Below are positions 18,525-28,184 of a DNA stretch of 64,000 bases, piece by piece (the first letter of the stretch is position 1; the number at the start of each line of letters is the position of its first letter). The notes under the pieces were generated by a model. The model did not search any database, was not told the origin of the DNA, and was given only the letters and a program-made list of their open reading frames with translations. Both the position numbers and the translations under genes were made by a program. Origin of the DNA: an uncultured Lachnospiraceae bacterium (GTDB taxonomy: Bacteria; Bacillota; Clostridia; Lachnospirales; Lachnospiraceae); the NCBI GenBank assembly GCA_900316165.1, contig ONBW01000008.1, forward strand, positions 2,135 to 66,134, written 5' to 3'.

Positions 18525-19750
18525 AATTACCGGAATTACTTGCGCCGGCCGCAAATCTGTCGGTGCTTAAGACTGCGATAAGGTACGGTGCTGATGCCGT
18601 CTATTTAGGCGGAGAGAGCTTCGGACTCCGTGCCGGAGCGGATAATTTTTCAAATGAAGAGATTAAAGAGGGCATACAGTTCGCTCACGAGAGAGGAAAA
18701 AAGGTCTATATCACTGTAAATATCTTCGCTCATGACAATGACCTTGCTGGCGTGGAAAAATACCTGCATGAGCTGAATGACTTAGCTCCGGATGCTCTGC
18801 TTATCGCTGATCCTGGTATCTTTTCAATGGCGAAAAGAATACTTACGAACGGTGTGACAGATATCCATATCTCGACTCAGGCAAACAATACGAACTATGA
18901 GATCTTTAGGTTCTGGCATGAGCTTGGAGCATCGAGAGTTGTAGGTGCCCGTGAGCTTTCGCTTGCCGAGATTAAGGATATTAAGGCTCATATCCCTTCA
19001 GATATGGAGATGGAGATCTTTGTACACGGTGCCATGTGCATTTCCTATTCTGGCAGATGCCTGCTCTCGAATTATTTCACAGGGCGTGACGCAAACCAGG
19101 GACAGTGCACGCATCCCTGCCGCTGGCAGTATGCTATTATGGAGCAGACGAGGCCGGGTGAGTATCTGCCTATAGAGGAAAATGAACGGGGAACGTTTAT
19201 TTTTAACTCAAAGGACCTTAATATGGTGGGACACTTGGACGATCTCGTTGATGCCGGCGTCGATTCACTTAAGATTGAGGGCCGTATGAAGACTGACCTC
19301 TATGTCGGAACTGTCGTAAGGGCCTACAGGATGGCTCTTGATGACTTGGCTGAGTCAGTTGAAAAATATCATGAGAACATCCCTAAGTATGAGGCAGAGA
19401 TAAGAGAGTGTACCTACAGACAGTTTACTACAGGATTTTTCTACGGAAAGCCGTCTGATGAGGCACAGATCTACGATGAGAACACCTATGAGAAGGGTGC
19501 TACATACATCGGTGAGATAGAGGAGATTTCCGATGGCTTTGCAAAGATTTCACAGAAAAATAAATTTTCTGTCGGTGAAACTATTGAAATTATGAAGCCA
19601 GATGGAGATAATATACCTGTAAGGATTGATAAACTTTTTAACGCGGACAAAGAGCCGGTAGAAAGTGCTCCGCATCCGAAGGAGACCATTTATTTCAAGG
19701 TTCCGGCGGAGGCTTGTCCAGGTGATCTTTTGCGGCGCAGGGAGATTTAA
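18521..19750 (+). CDS. Peptidase U32 family protein (TrhP/YrrO-like)
   Basis: U32 signature EIFVHGAMCISYSGRCLLSNY. Size is 409 aa. It overlaps the preceding methyltransferase gene by 4 nt. Confidence 0.8.
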   Translation: MKLPELLAPAANLSVLKTAIRYGADAVYLGGESFGLRAGADNFSNEEIKEGIQFAHERGKKVYITVNIFAHDNDLAGVEKYLHELNDLAPDALLIADPGIFSMAKRILTNGVTDIHISTQANNTNYEIFRFWHELGASRVVGARELSLAEIKDIKAHIPSDMEMEIFVHGAMCISYSGRCLLSNYFTGRDANQGQCTHPCRWQYAIMEQTRPGEYLPIEENERGTFIFNSKDLNMVGHLDDLVDAGVDSLKIEGRMKTDLYVGTVVRAYRMALDDLAESVEKYHENIPKYEAEIRECTYRQFTTGFFYGKPSDEAQIYDENTYEKGATYIGEIEEISDGFAKISQKNKFSVGETIEIMKPDGDNIPVRIDKLFNADKEPVESAPHPKETIYFKVPAEACPGDLLRRREI

Positions 19751-19752
19751 TT

Positions 19753-20802
19753 ATGAGTAAGTACGTGGCATATGTGGGTACATACACCCATGAGAACAGT
19801 ATCGGAATCCATGTCTACGATGTGGATGAGAAGACAGGTATTTTTACAGAGAGAGGCGTTGCTCCGATAAACAATGCGTCAGATCTCGATGTATCAGCTG
19901 ATGGTAAGTTCCTCTATTCAATCGAGGATGAAGGTGTTGCTTCTTTCTCTATCGATGAGAACGGTGACATCACAAAAATCAATCAGGCTGATATCGATGG
20001 TATGAGAGGCTGCTGTGTGACGACTGATTCCAAGAGACGTTACCTTTTCGTAGGCGGCTTCCATGATGGAAAGGTCACTATGATGAGGCTGAACGCAGAC
20101 GGAAGCATTGCAGGAATCGCAGACGGTATCTTCCACCAGGGAGTTGCTATCTCAGCTTTAGCCAGAAGACTTGACCATCCGAAGGTTTCAAGCGTAAGGC
20201 TTACACCTGATGAGAAATTCCTTTTAGCTGCTGATTATGGCTTAAACCAGGTAAAGGTTTACAAGCTCGACTACGAGCATGGTAAAATGCACCTCTGCGA
20301 TACTATCCGCTGTAACCTCGATTCAGGCCCAAGAGCCCAGAAGTTCTCAGCAGACGGAAGGTTCCTCTATATTCTCGATGAGCTTACAAACGAGATAGAG
20401 GTTTATTCATACAAGACAGGAAAAGAGAATCCTGAATTCGAGCAGGTTCAGGTAATCCCATCAATGGATGGGGCAGACCTTTCTGACCTTTCGAGTGAGC
20501 TTGTTATCTCAGATGACGGAAAGTATGTCTATGTCTCTATCGATGGCTTCAATGGAGTAAGCTGGTTTGCCCGTGACGAAAAGACAGGAAAGCTTACACA
20601 TAAGGGACAGATGCCTACAAGTGGATATTTCCCGAAGTCTATGGCTGTAATCCCTGGCGGAAAGTATTTCGTTATGTTAAACCATGACTCAAATGAGATG
20701 CGTACTTTCCACATCGATCACGAGAAAGAAATCATTCTCCTTAAGAACGCTCCTATAAAGATCGGCAAGCCAAACAGCATCAGGATCGCAAAGCTTAAAT
20801 AA
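19753..20802 (+). CDS. Lactonase family protein (7-bladed beta-propeller, 6-phosphogluconolactonase-like)
   Basis: 349 aa with a repeated blade pattern (DGKFLY.., DGRFLYI.., DGKYVYVS, GGKYFVMLN) typical of this family. Confidence 0.6.
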   Translation: MSKYVAYVGTYTHENSIGIHVYDVDEKTGIFTERGVAPINNASDLDVSADGKFLYSIEDEGVASFSIDENGDITKINQADIDGMRGCCVTTDSKRRYLFVGGFHDGKVTMMRLNADGSIAGIADGIFHQGVAISALARRLDHPKVSSVRLTPDEKFLLAADYGLNQVKVYKLDYEHGKMHLCDTIRCNLDSGPRAQKFSADGRFLYILDELTNEIEVYSYKTGKENPEFEQVQVIPSMDGADLSDLSSELVISDDGKYVYVSIDGFNGVSWFARDEKTGKLTHKGQMPTSGYFPKSMAVIPGGKYFVMLNHDSNEMRTFHIDHEKEIILLKNAPIKIGKPNSIRIAKLK

Positions 20803-20810
20803 GGAGACAT

Positions 20811-21893
20811 ATGGCAGGTTCAGTATTTGGCAATGCGCTTAAGGTGGCTACCTTTGGTGAATCCCATGGTGCAGCAATTGGCTGTGTCGTAGATGGCATT
20901 CCTGCAGGGCTTAATCTCTCTGAGGAGGATATACAGAAATATCTCGACAGGAGAAAGCCGGGGCAGTCTGCTTTTACAACGAAGAGAAATGAGGCCGACA
21001 GAGTAGAGATATTATCTGGTGTTTTCGAAGGAAAGACCGAGGGGACACCGATAGCTCTTCTTATCAGAAATGAGGATCAGCACTCAAAGGACTATTCTGA
21101 CTTAAAGGATAAATTCCGTCCTGGTCATGCTGATTTTGGATTCTTCTCAAAATATGGCATAAGAGACTATAGAGGTGGAGGCCGTTCATCGGGAAGAGAG
21201 ACGGCAGCGCGGGTTGCAGCAGGCGCTGTTGCAGCTAAGCTCCTGGATGAATTCGGGATTGAGGTTCACGCTTATACGAAGGCGATAGGGCCGGTTCAGA
21301 TAGAAAAAACAGACTTAGACGAATGCATGAATAATCCGCTCTACATGCCTGATCACAAGGCTTATGAAAAGGCTTCGGATTATTTAAAGGAGTGCATGAA
21401 AAAGAAGGATTCTGCAGGCGGCGTTGTAGAATGTATAGCTACAGGAATTCCGGCAGGACTTGGCGAGCCTGTCTTTGACAAGCTCGACGCAAGCCTGGCT
21501 TACGCTGTGATGTCTATTGGTGCTGTGAAGGGCTTTGAGATAGGAGACGGGTGCAGAGCAGCTCAGGCGAATGGTTCTACAAATAACGATTCGTTTTTTG
21601 CAGAAAATGGAAGGGTACACAAAAAGACAAATCATTCAGGTGGAATTCTCGGTGGAATCTCTGACGGAAGTGATATTATCCTTTGCGCTTATATCAAGCC
21701 TACTCCTTCTATAGCTCAGGAGCAGTCGACTGTGACTGACGCTTTTGATGATACTACTATCGAGATAAAGGGCAGACATGATCCGGTCATAGTTCCAAGA
21801 GCTGTGGTCGTTGTCGAGTGTATGACTGCGCTTACTCTTGCGGATGCGCTTCTTATGAATCAGTCTTCAAGAATTGACAGGATAAAACTATAG
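20811..21893 (+). CDS. aroC: Chorismate synthase
   Basis: TFGESHG, RPGHAD and GGGRSSGRETAARV motifs. Confidence 0.9.
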   Translation: MAGSVFGNALKVATFGESHGAAIGCVVDGIPAGLNLSEEDIQKYLDRRKPGQSAFTTKRNEADRVEILSGVFEGKTEGTPIALLIRNEDQHSKDYSDLKDKFRPGHADFGFFSKYGIRDYRGGGRSSGRETAARVAAGAVAAKLLDEFGIEVHAYTKAIGPVQIEKTDLDECMNNPLYMPDHKAYEKASDYLKECMKKKDSAGGVVECIATGIPAGLGEPVFDKLDASLAYAVMSIGAVKGFEIGDGCRAAQANGSTNNDSFFAENGRVHKKTNHSGGILGGISDGSDIILCAYIKPTPSIAQEQSTVTDAFDDTTIEIKGRHDPVIVPRAVVVVECMTALTLADALLMNQSSRIDRIKL

Positions 21894-21894
21894 T

Positions 21895-23043
21895 ATGGCA
21901 GAATATATTTTACGTAAGGTCGACGGCCGGGCGAAAAGGGCAACCTTTAAGACTGTTCATGGAACGGTAGAGACACCGGTCTTTATGAACGTTGGAACGG
22001 TCGGAGCGATTAAGGGAGCTGTATCTACTGATGACCTTCACGAGATTGGTACCCAGATAGAGCTTTCAAATACCTATCATCTCCATGTACGTACTGGTGA
22101 TGAGACGATAAAGGAGCTCGGCGGCCTTCATAAATTCATGGTCTGGGACCGGCCTATTCTTACTGATTCAGGCGGTTTCCAGGTATATTCATTAGCAGAT
22201 ATCAGAAAAATTAAAGAGGAGGGCGTAACCTTCCGCTCACACATAGATGGCCATAAGATCTTCATGGGACCAGAGGAGTCGATGCAGATCCAGTCGAATC
22301 TCGGCTCTACCATAGCGATGGCCTTTGATGAGTGCCCGAATGCGTTGGCTGAATATGACTATGTCAAAAATTCCGTCGACCGCACCTATCGCTGGCTCGT
22401 CCGCTGCAAGAAGAAAATGGCGGAATTAAATGCCCGTGAGGATACGATAAACAGAAAACAGCTTCTTTTCGGAATAAATCAGGGCGCTATATACGAGGAT
22501 ATCCGTATAGATCATGCAAAGAGAATCAGTGAACTCGACCTCGATGGCTACGCTGTAGGAGGTCTTGCAGTGGGTGAGTCTCACGAGCAGATGTATCACA
22601 TACTTGATGTAGTGGTTCCTTATCTGCCGCAGAACAAGCCTACCTACCTGATGGGAGTCGGTACCCCGGCAAACATCCTCGAGGCAGTAGACAGAGGAAT
22701 CGATTTCTTTGACTGCGTCTATCCGTCGAGAAACGGAAGACACGGCCACGTATATACGAACAAGGGAAAGAGAAACCTCTTCAATGCCCGCTACGAAAAG
22801 GATATGAGACCGATTGAGGAGGGCTGTCAGTGCCCTGCATGCCGCACATATTCAAGGGCCTACATCCATCATCTGCTGAAGGCTAAGGAGATGCTCGGCA
22901 TGAGACTCTGTGTGCTCCACAACCTTTATTTTTACAATCATCTGATGGAGCAGATCCGTGACGCGATAGACGCAGGCGAATACGCTTCTTTCAAGAAAAA
23001 CAAGCTCGAGGAGCTTACAGAGGTTTCTAAGGAACAGGCTTAA
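21895..23043 (+). CDS. tgt: tRNA-guanosine(34) transglycosylase
   Basis: TDSGGFQV, GLAVGE and the zinc motif CQCPACRTYSRAYIHH. Confidence 0.9.
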   Translation: MAEYILRKVDGRAKRATFKTVHGTVETPVFMNVGTVGAIKGAVSTDDLHEIGTQIELSNTYHLHVRTGDETIKELGGLHKFMVWDRPILTDSGGFQVYSLADIRKIKEEGVTFRSHIDGHKIFMGPEESMQIQSNLGSTIAMAFDECPNALAEYDYVKNSVDRTYRWLVRCKKKMAELNAREDTINRKQLLFGINQGAIYEDIRIDHAKRISELDLDGYAVGGLAVGESHEQMYHILDVVVPYLPQNKPTYLMGVGTPANILEAVDRGIDFFDCVYPSRNGRHGHVYTNKGKRNLFNARYEKDMRPIEEGCQCPACRTYSRAYIHHLLKAKEMLGMRLCVLHNLYFYNHLMEQIRDAIDAGEYASFKKNKLEELTEVSKEQA

Positions 23044-23075
23044 GGCACGCTCATCAGAAAAATTATCACAAGCGA

Positions 23076-23104
23076 TTGACTTAATACGCCAAATCAGTTA
23101 GAAT
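23076..23104 (+). promoter_or_regulatory. Sigma-A-type promoter candidate for yajC
   Basis: TTGACT, a 17-nt spacer, TAGAAT. Confidence 0.45.
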
Positions 23105-23136
23105 GATTAAAGTTTTTTGAATATCAGGAGGCAAAA

Positions 23137-23481
23137 ATGTTTAATCCATTATTTTTAAGCAAGTCAACATCTGGCGGCGGACTTATGGCACTGCTCTGGA
23201 TCGTAATACTTTTTGTATTCATGTATTTTATTATGATCCGTCCTCAGCAGAAAGAGACCAAGAAGAAGAACGCGCTTATGAATTCACTTGCAGTCGGTGA
23301 TACAGTCCTTACTACAAGCGGTTTTTACGGAGTCGTTATCGATATAGATGATGACACTATTATCGTTGAGTTCGGCTCGAACAAAAACTGCCGTATCCCT
23401 ATGCAGAAGGCTGCTATCGCTGCAGTTGAGAAGCCAGAGGATGCAGCAAAGGAAGAGACAACTGACAATAAAACGAAATAA
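23137..23481 (+). CDS. yajC: Preprotein translocase subunit YajC
   Basis: A single N-terminal TM helix followed by MIRPQQKETKKKN and GDTVLTTSGFYGVV. It occupies the conserved position after tgt. Confidence 0.85.
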   Translation: MFNPLFLSKSTSGGGLMALLWIVILFVFMYFIMIRPQQKETKKKNALMNSLAVGDTVLTTSGFYGVVIDIDDDTIIVEFGSNKNCRIPMQKAAIAAVEKPEDAAKEETTDNKTK

Positions 23482-23485
23482 ACCC

Positions 23486-23514
23486 TTGACAAAGGGATAT
23501 AAAAGTCCTATACT
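23486..23514 (+). promoter_or_regulatory. Sigma-A-type promoter candidate upstream of asnB
   Basis: TTGACA, a 17-nt spacer, TATACT. Confidence 0.5.
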
Positions 23515-23541
23515 TTTTACAACTTAAGTTTGAACGGCAAA

Positions 23542-23587
23542 GGCGCTGCGGATTTCACATTTTAAAGGAGTCCGTGGCGCTTTTTGT
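23542..23587 (+). terminator. Terminator-like hairpin in the asnB leader (candidate attenuator)
   Basis: GCGC-TG-CGGA / TCCG-TG-GCGC form 4+4 bp around a 2x2 internal mismatch, with an 18-nt loop, followed by TTTTTGT. The hairpin lies between the promoter candidate and the asnB RBS. Confidence 0.45.
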
Positions 23588-23618
23588 CTGAAAACAGGAA
23601 AAGAAAAGAGGTAACTTT

Positions 23619-25217
23619 ATGTGTTCTATTTTAGCGGTCGAGGATATAACAGGTATTTCCGACGCTTCGTTCAAAGAGCATTTTGCAAAGACTCATTCCA
23701 GAGGACCAGACGATGAAAGGATAATGGACTTTGGAAGCAAAAGGCTCGGTTTCCAGAGACTTTCTATCATGGGACTCACCCCAGAGGGAATGCAGCCGTT
23801 CGTATTAAACGGCAGCGCAGTCGTATGTAACGGAGAGCTCTACGGTTTCAGAAAAGAAAAGAAGATCCTTGAGGATAAGGGCTACACTTTTAAGAGTGAC
23901 AGCGACTGCGAGATCCTTCTTCCGATGTACGAGCTCTATGGCACTGAGATGTTCAAGAGACTCGATGCAGAATTCGCCTGTGTCATCTATGATGCGAAGA
24001 GTGATTCACTTATAGCAGCAAGAGATCCGTTTGGTATCAGACCTCTCTTCTATGGTTATGCAGAGAACGGACATATCTGCTTTGCCAGTGAGGCAAAGGA
24101 GCTCGTAGGCCTGGTAAAGACTATAATTGCTTTCCCACCTGGATACTACTACAAGGATGGAAAGTTCACAGTTTATAGAGACATTTCAGAGAGACACGAG
24201 TACATAAAGGGAAGCATCGATGATATCTGTGCCGGCATCAGAGAGCGGCTTATCACAGCTGTTGATAAGAGACTTGATGCAGATGCACCTGTAGGCTTCC
24301 TTCTTTCAGGAGGACTTGATTCCTCACTTGTCTGTGCTATTTCACAGAAGCTCCTTGGTAAGCCTATCGAGACATACGCCATCGGAATGAACACCGATGC
24401 TATCGATCTCAAGTATGCGAAGGAAGCTGCTGATTATATCGGATCAAATCACCATGAGGTAATAATTGACAGAGATACGGTTATCAATTCTCTGGAAGAG
24501 GTTATAGCTGAGCTCGGTACCTACGATATCACAACAATAAGAGCAAGCATGGGTATGTACTTATGCTGCAAGGCTATACATGAGCAGAGTGATATCAGAG
24601 TCCTTCTTACCGGAGAGATTTCAGATGAGCTCTTCGGATATAAGTACACCGATTTCGCTCCAAACGCGGAGGAATTCCAGAAGGAAGCTGAGAAGAGAGT
24701 TCACGAGCTTTACTTCTACGATGTGCTTCGTGCCGACAGGTGTATTTCCACCTGGTCTATGGAGGCCAGAGTTCCGTTCGGTGATCTCGATTTCGCCAGC
24801 TATGTAATGAGCATCGATCCTTCTATGAAGATGAATGTCTATAATAAGGGTAAGTACCTTCTCCGCCATGCATTTGAGGGCACAGGTTACCTGCCTCACG
24901 ACCTTCTGTTCCGTGAGAAGGCAGCATTTTCTGATGCAGTCGGACATTCGATGGTCGATGATATAAAGGAATACGCCGAAACAGTTTATACTGATGAGGA
25001 GTTCAAGAAGAAAGCAGCTGCTTATGGAGTACAGGGCGGCGCACCGGTTCCGTTCACAAAAGAGTCTCTGCTCTACAGAGATCTTTTTGAAAAATATTAT
25101 CCAGGACAGGCACAGATGATCCCGGCATATTGGATGCCTAACAAGAACTGGGAGAACTGTGATGTCGATGACCCTAGTGCGAGAGTTCTCAAGAACTATG
25201 GTGCAAGTGGTATCTGA
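23619..25217 (+). CDS. asnB: Asparagine synthase (glutamine-hydrolysing)
   Basis: N-terminal nucleophile MCSI (Cys2) and PP-loop SGGLDSS. Size is 532 aa. Confidence 0.9.
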   Translation: MCSILAVEDITGISDASFKEHFAKTHSRGPDDERIMDFGSKRLGFQRLSIMGLTPEGMQPFVLNGSAVVCNGELYGFRKEKKILEDKGYTFKSDSDCEILLPMYELYGTEMFKRLDAEFACVIYDAKSDSLIAARDPFGIRPLFYGYAENGHICFASEAKELVGLVKTIIAFPPGYYYKDGKFTVYRDISERHEYIKGSIDDICAGIRERLITAVDKRLDADAPVGFLLSGGLDSSLVCAISQKLLGKPIETYAIGMNTDAIDLKYAKEAADYIGSNHHEVIIDRDTVINSLEEVIAELGTYDITTIRASMGMYLCCKAIHEQSDIRVLLTGEISDELFGYKYTDFAPNAEEFQKEAEKRVHELYFYDVLRADRCISTWSMEARVPFGDLDFASYVMSIDPSMKMNVYNKGKYLLRHAFEGTGYLPHDLLFREKAAFSDAVGHSMVDDIKEYAETVYTDEEFKKKAAAYGVQGGAPVPFTKESLLYRDLFEKYYPGQAQMIPAYWMPNKNWENCDVDDPSARVLKNYGASGI

Positions 25218-25238
25218 TTTAAGGAAAGGAGACACAAA

Positions 25239-27332
25239 ATGACAAACGTACCTGAGATCTTTGGAAGCAAGGTATTCAATGACGACGTTATGAAAAAACG
25301 CCTTCCAAAGGATGTCTACAAGGCACTTCAGAAAACAACTAAAGAAGGACTCCACCTTCAGCTGGACATGGCAAATGTTATCGCTGAAGCTATGAAGAAC
25401 TGGGCATTAGAGAACGGTGCTACACATTTCACACACTGGTTCCAGCCTATGACAGGAGTTACCGCTGAGAAGCATGATTCATTCATCTCCCCAACAGATG
25501 ACGGTAAGGTCCTGATGGAGTTTTCAGGAAAAGAGCTCGTTAAAGGTGAGCCTGATGCTTCATCCTTCCCTTCAGGTGGTCTTCGTGCTACATTCGAGGC
25601 AAGAGGATATACAGCATGGGACCCGACCAGCTACGCTTTCATTAAAGAGGATACACTCTGCATCCCTACAGCATTCTGCTCATATTCAGGAGAAGCTCTC
25701 GATAAGAAGACACCTCTTCTTCGTTCTATGCAGGCTCTTGACAAGCAGGCTGTAAGAATTCTTCGGCTTTTCGGCGATACTGAGAGCAAGAGAGTTATTA
25801 CAACAGTTGGTCCTGAGCAGGAGTACTTCCTTATCGATGAGGACGTATACAGAAAGAGACCTGACCTTCTCTATACAGGTCGTACCCTTTTCGGAAACAA
25901 GCCTCCAAAGGGACAGGAGCTCGATGATCACTATTTCGGACAGATCAAGCCACGTGTAAAGAGCTTCATGAAGGATCTTGATGAAGAGCTCTGGAAGCTT
26001 GGAATCCTCGCAAAGACCGAGCACAACGAGGTTGCACCTGCTCAGCACGAGCTTGCACCTATTTTCTCAACAACAAATATCGCTACAGACCATAACCAGC
26101 TTACTATGGAGCTGATGAAGACAGTAGCCAAGAAGCATCATATGCACTGCCTTCTCCATGAGAAGCCATTCGATGGTGTAAATGGTTCAGGTAAGCACAA
26201 CAACTGGTCTCTTTCAACTGATACTGGAAAGAACCTTCTTGAGCCAGGTGATACACCTTCACAGAACGCTCAGTTCCTTCTTTTCCTTACAGCTGTAATC
26301 GAGGCTGTTGACAGATATCAGGGACTTCTGAGATTCTCAGTTGCTTCAGCTGGAAACGATCACAGACTTGGAGCTAACGAGGCTCCTCCAGCTATCATCT
26401 CTGTTTATGTAGGTGATGAGCTTGACAATGTCATCAAGTCTATCATTGATGGAACAGACTATACAGACAAGAGCAAGAAGCTTATGTCAATCGGAGCTGC
26501 TGTTCTTCCTCATATCCCTCAGGATACGACAGACCGTAACAGAACAAGCCCGTTTGCATTCACAGGAAACAAGTTCGAGTTCCGTTCACTTGGTTCTAAT
26601 TCTTCAATCGCTAACCCGAACATCGTTCTTAATACTATCGTTGCAGAGGTATTAAGCGAGTACGCTGATGAGCTCGAGAAGGCATCTGACTTCGATTCAG
26701 CTCTTTCAGAACTTGTAAAGAAGCACCTTACCGATCACAAGAGAATCATCTTCGAAGGAAATGGTTACTCAGAGGAGTGGGTTAAGGAAGCTGAGAAGAG
26801 AGGCCTTAAGAATCTTCCTTCAACAGTTGAGGCTACTGAGGAGTTCGTCTCACCAGAGTCAATCGAGGTATTTACAAAGAATAAGGTTTATACTGAGGTT
26901 GAGATCCGTTCGAGATATGAGATCAGCTATGAGAACTACTACAAGCAGATCAACATCGAGGCTCAGACTCTTTCAGATATGACAAAGGATGAGATCATCG
27001 GCGCTGCATTACGCTATGAGCAGTTCCTTTCAAAGACTATCAACGATATGAAGAGCACTGGCACAGGAGTTCCTACCAACGTTGAGGAAGAGCTCTTAAA
27101 GCAGGCTGCTGATATGGTTGAGACTCTCTATAGCAGATTAAAGAAGCTCGATGCTGATATCGCTAAGGAAGATGACATGACTGATGTCAAGGAGCTTGCT
27201 ACCTACAACAGGTACACGATCCTTCCAGATATGGATTCTCTCCGTGCTGTTATCGATGAGCTTGAGAGCCGTGTTCCTCATGAGCTCTGGCCATATCCTA
27301 CATATGGTGATCTTCTGTACTCAGTACAGTAA
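25239..27332 (+). CDS. glnN: Glutamine synthetase type III
   Basis: The 697-aa length and the N-terminus ([17 protein letters not shown]) are characteristic of GSIII. The catalytic region carries [16 protein letters not shown] and [10 protein letters not shown]. Confidence 0.85.
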   Translation: MTNVPEIFGSKVFNDDVMKKRLPKDVYKALQKTTKEGLHLQLDMANVIAEAMKNWALENGATHFTHWFQPMTGVTAEKHDSFISPTDDGKVLMEFSGKELVKGEPDASSFPSGGLRATFEARGYTAWDPTSYAFIKEDTLCIPTAFCSYSGEALDKKTPLLRSMQALDKQAVRILRLFGDTESKRVITTVGPEQEYFLIDEDVYRKRPDLLYTGRTLFGNKPPKGQELDDHYFGQIKPRVKSFMKDLDEELWKLGILAKTEHNEVAPAQHELAPIFSTTNIATDHNQLTMELMKTVAKKHHMHCLLHEKPFDGVNGSGKHNNWSLSTDTGKNLLEPGDTPSQNAQFLLFLTAVIEAVDRYQGLLRFSVASAGNDHRLGANEAPPAIISVYVGDELDNVIKSIIDGTDYTDKSKKLMSIGAAVLPHIPQDTTDRNRTSPFAFTGNKFEFRSLGSNSSIANPNIVLNTIVAEVLSEYADELEKASDFDSALSELVKKHLTDHKRIIFEGNGYSEEWVKEAEKRGLKNLPSTVEATEEFVSPESIEVFTKNKVYTEVEIRSRYEISYENYYKQINIEAQTLSDMTKDEIIGAALRYEQFLSKTINDMKSTGTGVPTNVEEELLKQAADMVETLYSRLKKLDADIAKEDDMTDVKELATYNRYTILPDMDSLRAVIDELESRVPHELWPYPTYGDLLYSVQ

Positions 27333-27370
27333 AAAATTGGTTGGAAAAAGAAATACTTATACAAAAAGAA

Positions 27371-27398
27371 AGACAGGCGGCGAAGGCCGTCTGTTTTT
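27371..27398 (+). terminator. Rho-independent terminator after glnN
   Basis: AGAC(A)GGC ... GCCGTCT stem with one bulge and a GGCGAAG loop, followed by T5. Confidence 0.6.
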
Positions 27399-27427
27399 CT
27401 TGACACAATAAAAAAGTGTGGTATACT
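27399..27427 (+). promoter_or_regulatory. Sigma-A-type promoter candidate for the THF riboswitch-folT unit
   Basis: TTGACA, a 17-nt spacer ending in TGTGG, then TATACT. Confidence 0.55.
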
Positions 27428-27449
27428 TTTCTGGAAAACTAAATTGAAA

Positions 27450-27601
27450 CGCAGAGTAGACTGTATTACGTTAAGTGTCTGGTGAACAGGGAGTTGTCAT
27501 CAGAACGAAGAGCCATGCGGCTCGCGGTTTTATGGTCGCATCCCGCTGCTGCATGGAAGAGACGCCCTCCTGTGCGGTTAAAGGACTTACTGCAAAGGAG
27601 G
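27450..27601 (+). promoter_or_regulatory. THF (tetrahydrofolate) riboswitch aptamer (about 27450-27552) with an RBS-sequestering expression platform
   Basis: GCAGAGTAG..CGTTAAGTG..TGAAC.GGGAGTTGTC..AACGAAG..GCGG..GCATCCCGCTGC matches block-for-block the THF-I aptamer as I recall it from the Eubacterium siraeum structure (GGAGAGUAG..CGUUAAGUG..UGAAUGGGAUGUCGUC..AACGAAG..GCGG..GCAUCCGCUCC). The P1 helix is GCAG/CTGC. Downstream CCCTCCT (27556-27562) is complementary to the SD AAGGAGG (27595-27601). The element sits directly upstream of a folT-like gene. Confidence 0.88.
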
Positions 27602-27608
27602 TATTTTT

Positions 27609-28184
27609 ATGCAAAAATTCATTCAAAACATCAAGGACTCGGCAGCAGAGCTTAAGAATGTACGTGTCTTATGCACTGTGGCTATGCTGATGGCATTATC
27701 AGCCGTACTCAATATGGTCTCAACGATCAACATCGGACAGTTTATCCATATCGGTCTCGCATGGATCCCGATAGTACTTATAGATGCAATGTTCGGGCCT
27801 TTAACTGGAGCGCTCTCAGCAGCAGCACTAGATATAATAAACTACTGCATAAGGCCGGACGGGGCATTTTTTCCTGGGTTTACTATAGGAGCGATGCTCT
27901 CGGCCTTCATTTATGGACTTTTCCTTTATAGAAAACAGATTGGTATCGTAAGGTGCTTTGCAGCTCATGGAGTAGTAACAGTAGTAAATAATCTGATACT
28001 GAACACTCTTTGGCTTTCAATCCTATATGGGCAGGCATTTAAGGCGCTTCTAATCCCAAGGCTTGTAAAGAACCTGATCACCTGGCCTATATACAGCATC
28101 ATGCTTTTTGCAATCATTACTGCTATGGAGAAAACTAAGGCAGCAGCACTTTCAAAAGCCGGTCATTATCCGAAGGCTTCATAA
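27609..28184 (+). CDS. folT: Folate-family ECF transporter S component
   Basis: A 191-aa integral membrane protein with about 5-6 TM helices. Its N-terminus is like FolT S-components, and it is preceded by a THF riboswitch. Confidence 0.75.
   Translation: MQKFIQNIKDSAAELKNVRVLCTVAMLMALSAVLNMVSTINIGQFIHIGLAWIPIVLIDAMFGPLTGALSAAALDIINYCIRPDGAFFPGFTIGAMLSAFIYGLFLYRKQIGIVRCFAAHGVVTVVNNLILNTLWLSILYGQAFKALLIPRLVKNLITWPIYSIMLFAIITAMEKTKAAALSKAGHYPKAS

Noticed and set aside
23515-23618. A T-box or leader-peptide attenuator for asnB.
   Set aside because: The leader is only about 100 nt. No T-box conserved sequence (AGGGTGGNACCGCG-like) or specifier-loop architecture is present. The only mini-ORF (GTG at 23574, five codons) has 3-nt SD spacing and no Asn codons. 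I kept only the generic finding of a terminator in the leader.
24621-25355. A 244-aa minus-strand ORF across the asnB-glnN junction.
   Set aside because: It is antisense to two strongly supported enzymes and has no recognisable motif. This is a typical antisense shadow in moderately AT-rich coding DNA.
27475-27690. A 71-aa + strand ORF overlapping the folT leader.
   Set aside because: It is explained by the THF riboswitch aptamer and the folT 5' end. There is no RBS, and the GTG/ATG lies inside the aptamer.
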